64,000 nt of DNA from contig JBMDXR010000077.1 of assembly GCA_048594925.1 (NCBI GenBank), positions 48,315 to 112,314 of the forward strand, written 5' to 3'. Source of the stretch: Gaiellaceae bacterium. Lineage in GTDB: Bacteria; Actinomycetota; Thermoleophilia; Gaiellales; Gaiellaceae. This document shows positions 27,092 through 36,279 of the stretch, one piece after another (position 1 is the first letter of the stretch; the number at the start of each line of letters is the position of its first letter). The notes below the pieces were generated by a model. It was not told the DNA's origin, ran no database searches, and was given only the letters and a program-made list of their open reading frames with translations. Made by a program: the position numbers and the translations under genes.

Positions 27092-28354
27092 TCAGCGTTC
27101 CTCAGTCGTCCAGTCGAGCATCGGGCGGACGACACCCTTCCACTGGCCGGTGAAGCGACCGCGCGCCGAGTCGCCCTCGCCGGGGTCCTGGACGTGGAAC
27201 GACACGGCGTCGATGGAGCCCGCGTGGTGATGCATCGTGGTCGCGCCGAACGAGCAGATGGCGACCTGCACGCTGATCAGGCCCTCATTGAGAAGGTTTC
27301 CGGGAATCCAGGCCGTGGCGACGTAGTCGCCAGGTGGAGTCGGCTCGTGCCAGCGTTGGCTCGTGTCCATTGCGTTGAAGGCGACATCGCCTCTCTGATC
27401 GACGAGTTTGACCTTCGGGAAAATCGCGACCTCCGACCATTCGAGGACGGTGAAGCCGATCTCGATCCCGACCGGACTGCGAACGTCCGCAGCAGGCCTT
27501 TCCTCGCCGTCCTGCACGATCCTGGCGAATCGGAGCCGCACGAGCGTGTCGCCGGGTGCCGAGGCGAGATCGGGCCACTCGTGGCTCGAACCGCCACCGA
27601 GGCCGGATTGGAGGTACTCGGCGACGACTGTCGAGCTCGAGCCGTCGCGGACCGTCTGCCCCTTGTCGAGCCAGATCGCCCGGTCGCAGAGCTGCGCGAC
27701 CGCCTGCATCTGGTGCGAGACGAAGAGAACCGTGCGCCCGGACTGGCTGAGGTCCTCCATCCGTCCGAGGCAGCGCCGCTGGAACTCGGCGTCGCCGACC
27801 GCGAGCACCTCGTCCACGAGCAGGATCTCCGGCTCGAGGTGCGCAGCGACGGCGAAGGCGAGGCGAACCGACATCCCGCTCGAGTACCGCTTCACCGGCG
27901 TGTCGATGAACTGCTCGACACCGGCGAACTCCACGATCTCGGAGAACTTCCCCTCGATCTCCCGCTGCTTCATCCCGAGCACCGAGCCGTTCAGGAAGAC
28001 GTTCTCGCGACCGGTCAGCTCGGGATGGAAGCCCGTTCCGACCTCGAGCAGACTGCCGACTCGACCGCGGATCTCCGCGCGACCGCTCGTCGGCGTCGTG
28101 ATCCGCGTGAGAATCTTCAACAGCGTCGACTTCCCCGCTCCGTTGCGGCCGATCACGCCGAGCACGTCTCCCTCCTGAACCTCGAGCGACACGTCGCGTA
28201 GCGCCCAGATGTCTTCGTGGTGGTGCTCTTCGTGACTTCGGCCGAGACGGCGGATCGCCGACGACACCGACTCACGCAGCGTCCCGTATGCCCCGTGCAT
28301 CTCGCCGATCCGATATCGCTTCGAGAGCCCCTCGGTGAGGATCGCGACGCTCAT
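27092..28354 (-). CDS. wzt: polysaccharide ABC exporter ATP-binding protein with C-terminal extension (Wzt/TagH type)
   Basis: ATG 28354. Motifs: Walker A GRNGAGKST, signature YSSGMSVRL, Walker B ILLVDEVLAVGD and H-loop FVSHQ. About 170 residues follow the ATPase core. Confidence 0.9.
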   Translation of the reverse strand: MSVAILTEGLSKRYRIGEMHGAYGTLRESVSSAIRRLGRSHEEHHHEDIWALRDVSLEVQEGDVLGVIGRNGAGKSTLLKILTRITTPTSGRAEIRGRVGSLLEVGTGFHPELTGRENVFLNGSVLGMKQREIEGKFSEIVEFAGVEQFIDTPVKRYSSGMSVRLAFAVAAHLEPEILLVDEVLAVGDAEFQRRCLGRMEDLSQSGRTVLFVSHQMQAVAQLCDRAIWLDKGQTVRDGSSSTVVAEYLQSGLGGGSSHEWPDLASAPGDTLVRLRFARIVQDGEERPAADVRSPVGIEIGFTVLEWSEVAIFPKVKLVDQRGDVAFNAMDTSQRWHEPTPPGDYVATAWIPGNLLNEGLISVQVAICSFGATTMHHHAGSIDAVSFHVQDPGEGDSARGRFTGQWKGVVRPMLDWTTEER

Positions 28355-29250
28355 CAGATCGTGTCCGCGAAGCGGGGCTCCGAGCGACGGAAGTACCACA
28401 GCCCGACGACGATGAAGACCACTGTGGCCCCCATGCTGACCAGCGTCTTCCCGAGGGCGGGGGCAGCGGCGCCGAGGACCCCCCACTGGAACCCGCTGAT
28501 GACCGCCGTCATCGGATTCAGCGCAAGGAGCCACTGCCAACGCTCTGGGAGGGCGGTGATCGCGTAGACGACCCCGGAGAGATAGAGCCAGATCTGAAGC
28601 AGGAACGGAATTGCGTACGGAACGTCGCGGTAGCGGACGTTCACCGCGGAGAGGAAGAGCGCGACGCCGAGGGCCGCGACGTACGCCATCGCGAGGAACA
28701 GCGGCGCGAGCACTATCGCGAGGCTCGGCCAGACGTCGAACCACACCATCATCCCGAAGAGGACGACGGAGGCGAGCACGAAGTCGACGACCGGAACCGT
28801 CACCCCGGCGAGCGGAAGCAGGATCCTCGGGAAGTACACCTTCGTCACAAGACCGCGGTTGGAGACGAGGCTCGTGCTCGCGAGCGCCACCGCCGACGCG
28901 AAGTAGGTCCAGGGGAGCAGCGCCGAGTACGTGAAGATCGGGTATGGAACTCCGTTCGACGGGAAGTTCGCGAAACGGCCGAAGACGAACGTGAAGACCA
29001 CCATCGTCAGGAAAGGCTGGAGAATCGCCCACGCGACCCCGATGGACGTCTGCTTGTACCGGACGGCGATGTCGCGCCAGGCCAGTCGCCCGAGAAGCTC
29101 GCGGTACAGCCAGAGCTCGCGGACGTCGAGATGCGGCCACCGCGGAGCCGGCTTGATGACGGTAACTCGATCGACCCGCTGCGTCGGCTGAGACGGTCCG
29201 GCAGCGAGAGCCGGTGCGCGTTCGCGCACGTCCAGCTCGGTGTCAGCCAT
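28354..29250 (-). CDS. wzm: ABC-2 type polysaccharide exporter permease (Wzm/TagG type)
   Basis: Internal ATG 29250. The motif ELWLYRELLGRLAWRDIAVRYKQTSIGVAWAILQPF is followed by six hydrophobic helices. There is a 1-nt stop/start overlap with wzt. Confidence 0.9.
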   Translation of the reverse strand: MADTELDVRERAPALAAGPSQPTQRVDRVTVIKPAPRWPHLDVRELWLYRELLGRLAWRDIAVRYKQTSIGVAWAILQPFLTMVVFTFVFGRFANFPSNGVPYPIFTYSALLPWTYFASAVALASTSLVSNRGLVTKVYFPRILLPLAGVTVPVVDFVLASVVLFGMMVWFDVWPSLAIVLAPLFLAMAYVAALGVALFLSAVNVRYRDVPYAIPFLLQIWLYLSGVVYAITALPERWQWLLALNPMTAVISGFQWGVLGAAAPALGKTLVSMGATVVFIVVGLWYFRRSEPRFADTI

Positions 29251-29261
29251 GCGCGTCGATG

Positions 29262-30143
29262 CTAGCGGCCGCGCCGGGCAAGCCGCCTCAGCGTGCTGCG
29301 GAAGCGCGGCCAGAACGTCGCCTCGAGCTCGGTGATACGCGCCTCGAGATCCCTGATCTGGCGGTCGAGGCGGACCAGATCGACCTCGCCGATGGCAGCG
29401 CATTCGATGGCGTAGGACGCGTCGTCGACGACGTTCGGGACAGGAAACGTGATGCGACCGACTCCATCGGACGGCAACCCGTACGAGTGGCCCCCGGCGC
29501 CGGAGTCGGCACGCAACTCGCGGAGCGCTTCGCGCACGCGAGTGTCCTCGACGAGCGGTGCGCCCTCGACATCCGGCGGCGTCGCAAACCGGAGCACCTC
29601 GATCGGGTACCAGGCCCGGAGCGGAACCCGGCGGCCCCCGAGCGTCCAGTCGTCGAGGTCGATCTCGATGTTCGGCGTAGCGCGGTAAAGGGGCCGGAGC
29701 ATCCGAGCGAGTGGCTTTCGCGAGGGCTCGCTCGCCAGCAGTGACGTGCGTGAGGTCCTGTCCTCCGCGAAGAAGCCGCTCGAGCCGTGCGCGTCTCCGA
29801 ACTCGCGGACCAGCGCCTGGACGACTCCATAGCGCGGCGGTATGACCGCGAGGACGTCCTTCAGGCTCTCGCCGCGCGGCCACCAGAACTCTTCGGGAGC
29901 GCAACAGAAGACCCACTCGGCGCCGTGCTCGGCGACCGCGATCCGGCCGAGATCGGTCAGCGAGCCCGAGGCGCGCCGAACATAACCGTCGCGCTCGTAC
30001 GCGTCGAGGATCGCGGCGACGTCGTTTCCTCGCCCCGTCGTGTCGGCGAGGATCACGTCGACACCGGCGTTCAGGTGGAAGGCGAGATGTGCGTCGAGGA
30101 GCTCGGCGTCCGCGCCCGCGACCGTGATCGAGACGAGGCTCAT
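29262..30143 (-). CDS. GT-A-like protein, degenerate member of a three-gene tandem paralogue family
   Basis: ATG 30143. It is collinear with the next two genes (FHLNAGVD, EHGAEW, EEFWWP). However, the TDHESSDGT box is replaced by DTTGRGNDV and DADEF by APEEF. Confidence 0.6.
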   Translation of the reverse strand: MSLVSITVAGADAELLDAHLAFHLNAGVDVILADTTGRGNDVAAILDAYERDGYVRRASGSLTDLGRIAVAEHGAEWVFCCAPEEFWWPRGESLKDVLAVIPPRYGVVQALVREFGDAHGSSGFFAEDRTSRTSLLASEPSRKPLARMLRPLYRATPNIEIDLDDWTLGGRRVPLRAWYPIEVLRFATPPDVEGAPLVEDTRVREALRELRADSGAGGHSYGLPSDGVGRITFPVPNVVDDASYAIECAAIGEVDLVRLDRQIRDLEARITELEATFWPRFRSTLRRLARRGR

Positions 30144-30155
30144 CGGTCGGCGAGC

Positions 30156-31127
30156 CTACCGCGCGCCACGGTGCGCCCCGTCGTCGAGGGCGCTGACCCG
30201 CGCATTGAGGCCGTCTAGGAAGCGCTGCAATCGGACGACATCCGCATCGCGAGCCGCAGTGCCATCCGATACGAGGTGGGTATCAAACGTCGGGGCGCGA
30301 TGCTCTTCCCCCCCGTTTCCGAGACCGCGTAGTGCGTCACGGAGACGAGTGTCCACGGTGAGAGACCCATCGGCAAGCCCTCGTTCGAGAGCCGCGTCGT
30401 CGACGACAAGCGCACCGTAGCGATCTGCGGTCCGTCCTTGCTCACTCGCAAGGAGGGCTGTGACGTACTGCCCGAGCGGGCTGTCGCCGCGCGCTCGCCG
30501 GACCCCTTTGTGCTCCCACTGAGCCAAGGATCGAAACGGAAAGTGCAAGACCTCCGCTGGATACCAGTGGTGCAAGGCACGCCACCGTCGACTGAACGCG
30601 GTGTGTGCACCATGGCTGATTGTTATCTCGGGATCCGCTCGGTGAGCCGCCTTCAGATGAGGGCGATATGGGCTCGTCGGATCGTTGATTGCAGCCGAGG
30701 GCGACACACGCGCCGTCATTCGTTCAGCAAAGGACGTGGCGCCATCCGGCCGGGGGACGAAGTGTCTGCTCAGGGCAAAGACGATGCCGTACGACTCTGG
30801 AACGCTGTCGAAGATCTCCTTCAGCAGGCTGTTGCGCGGCATCCAGAACTCGTCAGCGTCCGTGTTGATGATCCAGTCGGCACCGTGCTCGCTGGCTGCG
30901 AGACGCGCCATGTGTGTCCTCCACGGTCCGTCCTGCATCCGACCGGTCACGGGGATCCGCTGCAAGACCCCGGCGCGGGCGTACGACTCCAGAATGTCGG
31001 TGGTTCCGTCGCTGGACTCGTGATCGGTCGCGATCACGAAGTCGACTCCGGCGTTCAGGTGGTACGCGATCTGAACGTCGACGATGTCCACCTCGTCGCG
31101 AACGACCAACGTCTGTACGAGCCTCAT
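30156..31127 (-). CDS. GT-A-like (Glyco_tranf_2_4-type) putative glycosyltransferase, tandem paralogue 2
   Basis: ATG 31127. Motifs: LVVRDEVDIVDVQIAYHLNAGVDFVIATDHESSDGT, NTDADEFWMP, and the C-terminal SLTVDTRLRDAL box followed by the VVRLQRFLDGLNARV helix. Confidence 0.6.
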   Translation of the reverse strand: MRLVQTLVVRDEVDIVDVQIAYHLNAGVDFVIATDHESSDGTTDILESYARAGVLQRIPVTGRMQDGPWRTHMARLAASEHGADWIINTDADEFWMPRNSLLKEIFDSVPESYGIVFALSRHFVPRPDGATSFAERMTARVSPSAAINDPTSPYRPHLKAAHRADPEITISHGAHTAFSRRWRALHHWYPAEVLHFPFRSLAQWEHKGVRRARGDSPLGQYVTALLASEQGRTADRYGALVVDDAALERGLADGSLTVDTRLRDALRGLGNGGEEHRAPTFDTHLVSDGTAARDADVVRLQRFLDGLNARVSALDDGAHRGAR

Positions 31128-31161
31128 GGCACGAGACGCCTGGGTCGATCCTCGAGGCTGT

Positions 31162-32205
31162 TCACGCGGAGTTGGATCTCGTCGATCCAGGCACCGCCGA
31201 CCCCTGGTGAGGTTGTCCTCGTCGAGCGCTCATCCCCGAGTCGACGGCGCACGCCCGTTGCTGAACCCGGTCCACAAGGCGCTGGAGTCGAACGAGCTCA
31301 CCCTCGTCCAGCACTGCGCGCTCGACCGCGCATCCGACTTCGGCACCAGCGTCGCGCTGAGGAAACTCGAGCGGGATCAACCGCCGACCCGCAAGCGATT
31401 GGAGTGCATCACGCAGCCGCGTATCGACCGTTAGGGATCCGCCTGCGAGCCCGACCTGGAGTCGCAGCGCGTCCGGGGCGATCTCTCGGTAGAGCTCATG
31501 TAGTCGCCCGACCTGCGCCGCCTCCCAGGCGCGGGCGTGATCGCCGCGGCGTCCCTCCTGCACCGTCTCGTAGTGCGACAGGAACTTGCGCTCGAAATGC
31601 GAAAAGCCCCGGATCGGAAAGTGGAGGACCTCGACCGGCGACCAGCCCGGGAGACGGGTCAGAGATCGCGACCTGACTGAGGCGTTCCCGGTTCCGACGA
31701 CGACGTCCGAGGCGCCGCGATGAAGGAGCCGTACGTTCGCCCGAAACGGGCTGGACGGATTGTTGATCGCAGCCGATGGCGAGAGCCGCACGATCATGCG
31801 CTCGGCGAACGGACCCTCCTCGAGCGGCGGAAGGAAGGGGCGAGCGAAGGAGTGTACGACCCCGAACTCGCGTGGCACGTGACCGAGGACCTGCTTCAGA
31901 TTGCCCCCCGATGGCCACCAGAACTCGTCGGCATCGGAGTTGATGACCCAGTCGGCGCCGAATTCCGTGGCTGCGAGTCGGGCCATTCTGGTGACCCACT
32001 TCGACTGACGCAGGACTCCCCCCGACTCCCGCAGGAGGTGGAGAACCCCCTGTTCCGCGTACCGTTCGAGAACAGCGACCGTGCCGTCGCTCGACTCGTG
32101 GTCGGTAGCGACGACGAAGTCGACTCCGGCGGCCAGATGGAAGCGGATCTGCGCGTCGATGATGTCCGCCTCGTCCCGTACGAGGAGTGTCATGACGATC
32201 CTCAT
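31162..32205 (-). CDS. GT-A-like (Glyco_tranf_2_4-type) putative glycosyltransferase, tandem paralogue 3
   Basis: Internal ATG 32205 lies in an ATGA overlap. Motifs: LLVRDEADIIDAQIRFHLAAGVDFVVATDHESSDGT, NSDADEFWWP, SLTVDTRLRDAL and LVRLQRLVDRVQQRA. Confidence 0.6.
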   Translation of the reverse strand: MRIVMTLLVRDEADIIDAQIRFHLAAGVDFVVATDHESSDGTVAVLERYAEQGVLHLLRESGGVLRQSKWVTRMARLAATEFGADWVINSDADEFWWPSGGNLKQVLGHVPREFGVVHSFARPFLPPLEEGPFAERMIVRLSPSAAINNPSSPFRANVRLLHRGASDVVVGTGNASVRSRSLTRLPGWSPVEVLHFPIRGFSHFERKFLSHYETVQEGRRGDHARAWEAAQVGRLHELYREIAPDALRLQVGLAGGSLTVDTRLRDALQSLAGRRLIPLEFPQRDAGAEVGCAVERAVLDEGELVRLQRLVDRVQQRACAVDSGMSARRGQPHQGSAVPGSTRSNSA

Positions 32206-32888
32206 GAGCGAATCCACTTGATCGCCTCGCCACCTCGCAGCCTCTCGTGTATGAGCATTCGATTGAGCTTGAGGTACCGCCGCTGCGACAGACCGAGCAG
32301 CGGTAACTGTGACGTGTAGGCAAGCGTCGCCCGCCGCTTCCGCCATACATCGCGAGGATCACGGCCCGTGCGGAGCCACTCGTCTCCCAGGGCCCGCGGC
32401 GCCGACGCATACCGGTAGGGCTGCTCGGCATACAGCCCGACGCGGCGACAAGGGAGGCTGCGCTCGCTCAGAAGGTCGCCGATCCACGCATGGTCGGGGT
32501 TCGTGAGCGGGAAGCCGGGAAGCAAGACATCTTCGGGCCGCGCATCAGTAACGGCAGCCGTCACGGCCGACCAGATCGCCTCGCCATCGAGCCCGTCCCG
32601 GTAGTCCGCTTCGGAGAACGAGAGCCAAAGCGGCTCGGCTCCGAGCCCCCTGCACGCCTCCTGATCCTCGAGCCGTCGCGCCCTCGATGCTTCGCCCTCG
32701 GTCGCGAACCCCCCGCGGCCGTCCCAACCGCCTGCGGCCAGGGCCGACTCCGTATTTCCGGCAAACACCGTCAACACCGTGACATGTCGGCCCGCGCGCG
32801 TGGTCCTCGCGATCGACGCTCCCAGCGACAGGACCGCGTCGTCGAGATGAGGTGATACGACCAGTGTGGGATCTGCAAGAAGCGGCAC
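32202..32888 (-). CDS. PIG-L/LmbE-family N-acetylglucosaminyl deacetylase
   Basis: GTG 32888. Motifs are VVSPHLDDAVLSLG and NPDHAW, which are the PIG-L metal-binding motifs. Confidence 0.8.
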   Translation of the reverse strand: MPLLADPTLVVSPHLDDAVLSLGASIARTTRAGRHVTVLTVFAGNTESALAAGGWDGRGGFATEGEASRARRLEDQEACRGLGAEPLWLSFSEADYRDGLDGEAIWSAVTAAVTDARPEDVLLPGFPLTNPDHAWIGDLLSERSLPCRRVGLYAEQPYRYASAPRALGDEWLRTGRDPRDVWRKRRATLAYTSQLPLLGLSQRRYLKLNRMLIHERLRGGEAIKWIRS

Positions 32889-32894
32889 CGCGAG

Positions 32895-33647
32895 TCAAGC
32901 GGTTTTCACGGCGCGGGCCGCGACGGTCACCTCGAACGCCGGGTCGTGGAGGGCGAGCTCCTCCGGCGTAAGGTCGTACGGCCCGAGACCGAACAGGAAC
33001 GCGGCTGCGGCAAGCACGTTGCCGAACGTCTCGATCTCGACGTTTCCGATGCCGAATGCCTCCTCCGTGATCCGCTTCAGCGACATCGACGTCAGGTTCC
33101 ACCAATGCCCGTAGAGCTCCGCTTCCACCGGCGCGATCCGGCAGATTCCGGGAGTGGTGATGAGCAGCACTCCCCCGGGAACGAGAATGCGATGGGCTGT
33201 CAGGAGGGCGGCCCGAACGTCGTAGACGAACGGCAGCAACTGGGTGACCAGCACGCAGTCAAACGCTTCGTCAGGGACACCTGGGGCATCTGCGATGTCG
33301 GCAACGAACGTCGCCCTCGGGTTGTCCTCCTTGATGTCCAGAATGTCGGCCTGTCGCACCGCGGTCCCGAACTTCCTGACGTATTCGTCGCCCGCGATCT
33401 CGAGCACACGGCCCCGGATGTCTGCTGCGTGCCGAGCCATGAAGCGCTCCACGTAGTACCGGTCGATTGGTCCGCCGCGGCTCTCCCCCCACGTGCTGAA
33501 GGGAGTCGTTCGTCGCAGATCACCGAGATCTCGAGGCTCCCGCCAGTCGGCACGACGGCGTGCCGCTCTTCGGTCGTTCACCCGCTGTCGAATCGCCTCC
33601 GGCACATGCTGACGCCAGAAGAGCCGTGCCGGCGAGACGAGGTCCAT
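32895..33647 (-). CDS. class I SAM-dependent methyltransferase
   Basis: ATG 33647. Motifs: VLEIAGDEYVRKFG, CVLVTQLLPFVYD and ILVPGGVLLITTPG. Motif I is somewhat degenerate. Confidence 0.7.
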   Translation of the reverse strand: MDLVSPARLFWRQHVPEAIRQRVNDRRAARRRADWREPRDLGDLRRTTPFSTWGESRGGPIDRYYVERFMARHAADIRGRVLEIAGDEYVRKFGTAVRQADILDIKEDNPRATFVADIADAPGVPDEAFDCVLVTQLLPFVYDVRAALLTAHRILVPGGVLLITTPGICRIAPVEAELYGHWWNLTSMSLKRITEEAFGIGNVEIETFGNVLAAAAFLFGLGPYDLTPEELALHDPAFEVTVAARAVKTA

Positions 33648-33703
33648 CGAAGTCGAGAGCCTACCGCGCGAGCCGACCGCCTCAGGAAGTTACGCTCGAG
33701 ACA

Positions 33704-34522
33704 ATGGGCCTGCGTCGCACCCTGTGGAAGCTGCGCCGGCGAGTCCTGGGGCCGCAACGGGTCATCACCGGCGAGCACGTGAAGGCGCTAACGCGATCCG
33801 GAGAGCTGGGTCCTGGAGCGCGAGCGCGCGTCCGCGTCCTTCACGTCCGAGAGCTGATGATCGGTCCGCCGCGCCAGGCAAGGCTCCCTGTTGCCCGGGG
33901 ACTCGTGGAGCTCGGTGGAGGCAACGACTTCCCGGTCGACTGGAAGGCGTTCGTCGAGATCTTCGGTGACAGGGAGTACTCGGCGGAGTATCGGGATGCG
34001 CGCGTTTTGGACGTCGGAGCGCACAAGGGGTACTTCGGGGCCTTCGCACTCGCGTGCGGCGCGACGGTCGTGCTCTCGTTCGAGCCCTCAGCGAGCAATT
34101 ACGCCGCCCTAGAACATGCCGCCATTCGAATCCCGCAGCGGTGGCTCACGCGCCGGGCTGCGGTCGGAGGGACTGCCGGGGCCGCGACGTTGCATCTCGA
34201 CGAGACCTCCTGGGCGCACTCGCTGCTCCAGGTGGAGCGACCCGCGGGCGAGGAGCGCGTCCCAGTCGTCACGTTCGAGGAGGCGCTCGAGGAGCTGCCG
34301 AGAGGTGGCACTCGTACGATCGTGAAGATCGACGCGGAGGGGAGTGAGTGCGACATTCTCGCTCGGCCCGAGAGCCTCCAGGGCGTCGACGTGCTCATGG
34401 TCGAGTGGCACGGCGGAGTTGCGCCGTGCTCACGGGCGGAGCTAGTGCGAGCGATCGCGGCGACAGGTCTCGCGGAGAGCTCCGACGAGACAGGTCTGCT
34501 TCGGTTCACGCGAGCAGGATGA
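33704..34522 (+). CDS. FkbM-family methyltransferase
   Basis: Internal ATG 33704. VLDVGAHKGYFGAFAL and FEPSASNYAAL match FkbM-type motifs. The ORF-track start at 33560 would overlap the divergent gene. Confidence 0.8.
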   Translation: MGLRRTLWKLRRRVLGPQRVITGEHVKALTRSGELGPGARARVRVLHVRELMIGPPRQARLPVARGLVELGGGNDFPVDWKAFVEIFGDREYSAEYRDARVLDVGAHKGYFGAFALACGATVVLSFEPSASNYAALEHAAIRIPQRWLTRRAAVGGTAGAATLHLDETSWAHSLLQVERPAGEERVPVVTFEEALEELPRGGTRTIVKIDAEGSECDILARPESLQGVDVLMVEWHGGVAPCSRAELVRAIAATGLAESSDETGLLRFTRAG

Positions 34523-34643
34523 CCTGTAACTCACTGCGCGCTGGCTGGCGCCCTCGGGAACCGACTTCGGTGCCGGATGGCGCAACCGCTTGCAGATTCA
34601 CGGCCTTCACACGCAGACTGCGACACAGTCCCGCGGTCCGGGC

Positions 34644-36257
34644 TCAGCGGCGAGAGGCGTTCACCCGAGGCGCAAACCACGATCCGGCGGCGAGGAGGAG
34701 GAAGGCCGGGGCGGCGGGCACGGAGTAGTACGGGATCGCGATGATCGCGAGCGCGCTGAGGACGACCACGATGACGGCGGCGATCGCCGGCGTCGTCAGC
34801 GCGAGCACGTCGTCGGGCTTCCTCACCAGCAGACCGACGATGCCGAGCGCCAGGAAGACGACCGGCGGCGGGAACCCGCGCGAGGCCAGGTTGAGGTACC
34901 GCTGCATTCTGGGAGACCCGTCTCGATCGGGCATGTCCGCGGCGAGGTCGTCCATCCGTCGGTGAAGAGCGACGTACCGAGCCTCGTCGCCCGGGTGCAC
35001 GAAGACCAGGTGATGTTCGGACGGCGAGGTCCAGACGGCGTAGATGCTTCCGTCCGGACTGGTCGGCCCAGCGAAGTGGGGTGACGGGATGCGCTCGCCC
35101 TCGGTCGGGCGCGGGAGTCGGTGGCCGTTGACGACGATCGTGTCGGGCGCGGCGGGCGCCTCTCTCGCCGAATCGGATCCGCCGCTCACAGGACGGACGA
35201 TGGGCCAACGCAGCAGACGATAGATCGTCGTGCTCACGCCCCGCGCGTACGTTCCCGGGTGTGCGCGGACGGCTTCGACCCCGACGTCGCGTAGCAGGCG
35301 CTCGTCGCTCTTCCAGCCGTCGAGCTGGTTGGCCAGTGCCCCGAGATCGTCTTTCATCCGCGGGCTCGGGTCGGAGAAGAAGTCGTCGAGGCCGATGCCG
35401 TACGACCGGTACGGCTCCTTCGGCAGAAGCTCTCGCTCTACTGCCTCGGCCAGCCTCCGCGAGGAGGGACCGTTTTCGGGGCGAACGATTCTGTCGAAAA
35501 GGAAGGCGCGTTCGAACGGCAGCCTCGAGTTGCCTCCGCGCGCAACGGTGTAGTCGCCGAAACGGACTCCGTTGTGCACCGTCCACAGCCCGAGCAGGAG
35601 CACGGCCGCGGTTGCGAAGGCGGCTGCGGACGCGAGCCGGGCACGCCACGGAATCCCGAGCGCGAGGGGGACGAGCGCGAGCACGAGCAGCGCTTGATTG
35701 CCGGGGCGAACGAGAACGAGGAGCGCCGTGGCGCCGCCCAGAAGCGCGAAGCGCCACGGTGACGGTCGGACGAGCACCCGCACTGCGAGCAGGGACCACC
35801 CCGCGAAGGCGACGCCGAAGACCGAGTCCGACGCCAGCTCGTGGAAGAGGATGGCGTAGCTCGGGTACAGGAGCAGAACCACGCCGACGGCCAGCGCGAC
35901 CCTTCCCCCGAACGTACGCGCCGCCAGGAACCACGCGGTGACGGCCATCCCGTACAGGGCCGACACCCCGAGCTCCACGAGCATGCCGCCGAAGGGATCG
36001 AGGAGCGCGCCGACGACGAGCGGGGCGACCGGCGTCCGGCCGAGCACGTAGCCGAGATCGATCGGGTCCGACTGGAAGAGCTCGACGTAAGCGCCGAGAT
36101 ACGTGCCGAAGTCGCGTCCGCCGATCAGAGGCATCGCCAGGGCCTCGAGCCACCACGCCACGACCGACACGAGGAAGACCACCATCGGTGCCCAACGCGC
36201 CTCCGGCGCATGGGCCGCGCGGTCGGCCTGCCGCGATACCTCGCCGAGCCAGCGCAC
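34644..36257 (-). CDS. GT-C-like polytopic membrane protein with extracytoplasmic domain (divergent paralogue 1)
   Basis: GTG 36257. There are about 9 N-terminal helices, a roughly 230-aa soluble domain (YRSYGIGLDDFF, VRAHPGTYARGV) and 2 C-terminal helices. It is collinear with 36295..37890. Confidence 0.65.
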   Translation of the reverse strand: MRWLGEVSRQADRAAHAPEARWAPMVVFLVSVVAWWLEALAMPLIGGRDFGTYLGAYVELFQSDPIDLGYVLGRTPVAPLVVGALLDPFGGMLVELGVSALYGMAVTAWFLAARTFGGRVALAVGVVLLLYPSYAILFHELASDSVFGVAFAGWSLLAVRVLVRPSPWRFALLGGATALLVLVRPGNQALLVLALVPLALGIPWRARLASAAAFATAAVLLLGLWTVHNGVRFGDYTVARGGNSRLPFERAFLFDRIVRPENGPSSRRLAEAVERELLPKEPYRSYGIGLDDFFSDPSPRMKDDLGALANQLDGWKSDERLLRDVGVEAVRAHPGTYARGVSTTIYRLLRWPIVRPVSGGSDSAREAPAAPDTIVVNGHRLPRPTEGERIPSPHFAGPTSPDGSIYAVWTSPSEHHLVFVHPGDEARYVALHRRMDDLAADMPDRDGSPRMQRYLNLASRGFPPPVVFLALGIVGLLVRKPDDVLALTTPAIAAVIVVVLSALAIIAIPYYSVPAAPAFLLLAAGSWFAPRVNASRR

Positions 36258-36265
36258 TGCCCGAC

Positions 36266-36279
36266 AGGCTAGCTAGCCT
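36266..36279. promoter_or_regulatory. perfect 14-bp palindrome AGGCTAGCTAGCCT in a 37-bp divergent spacer (candidate operator)
   Basis: Read directly from the sequence. The palindrome sits between GTG 36257 (-) and ATG 36295 (+) of two paralogous genes and is AT-richer than its surroundings. Confidence 0.3.
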
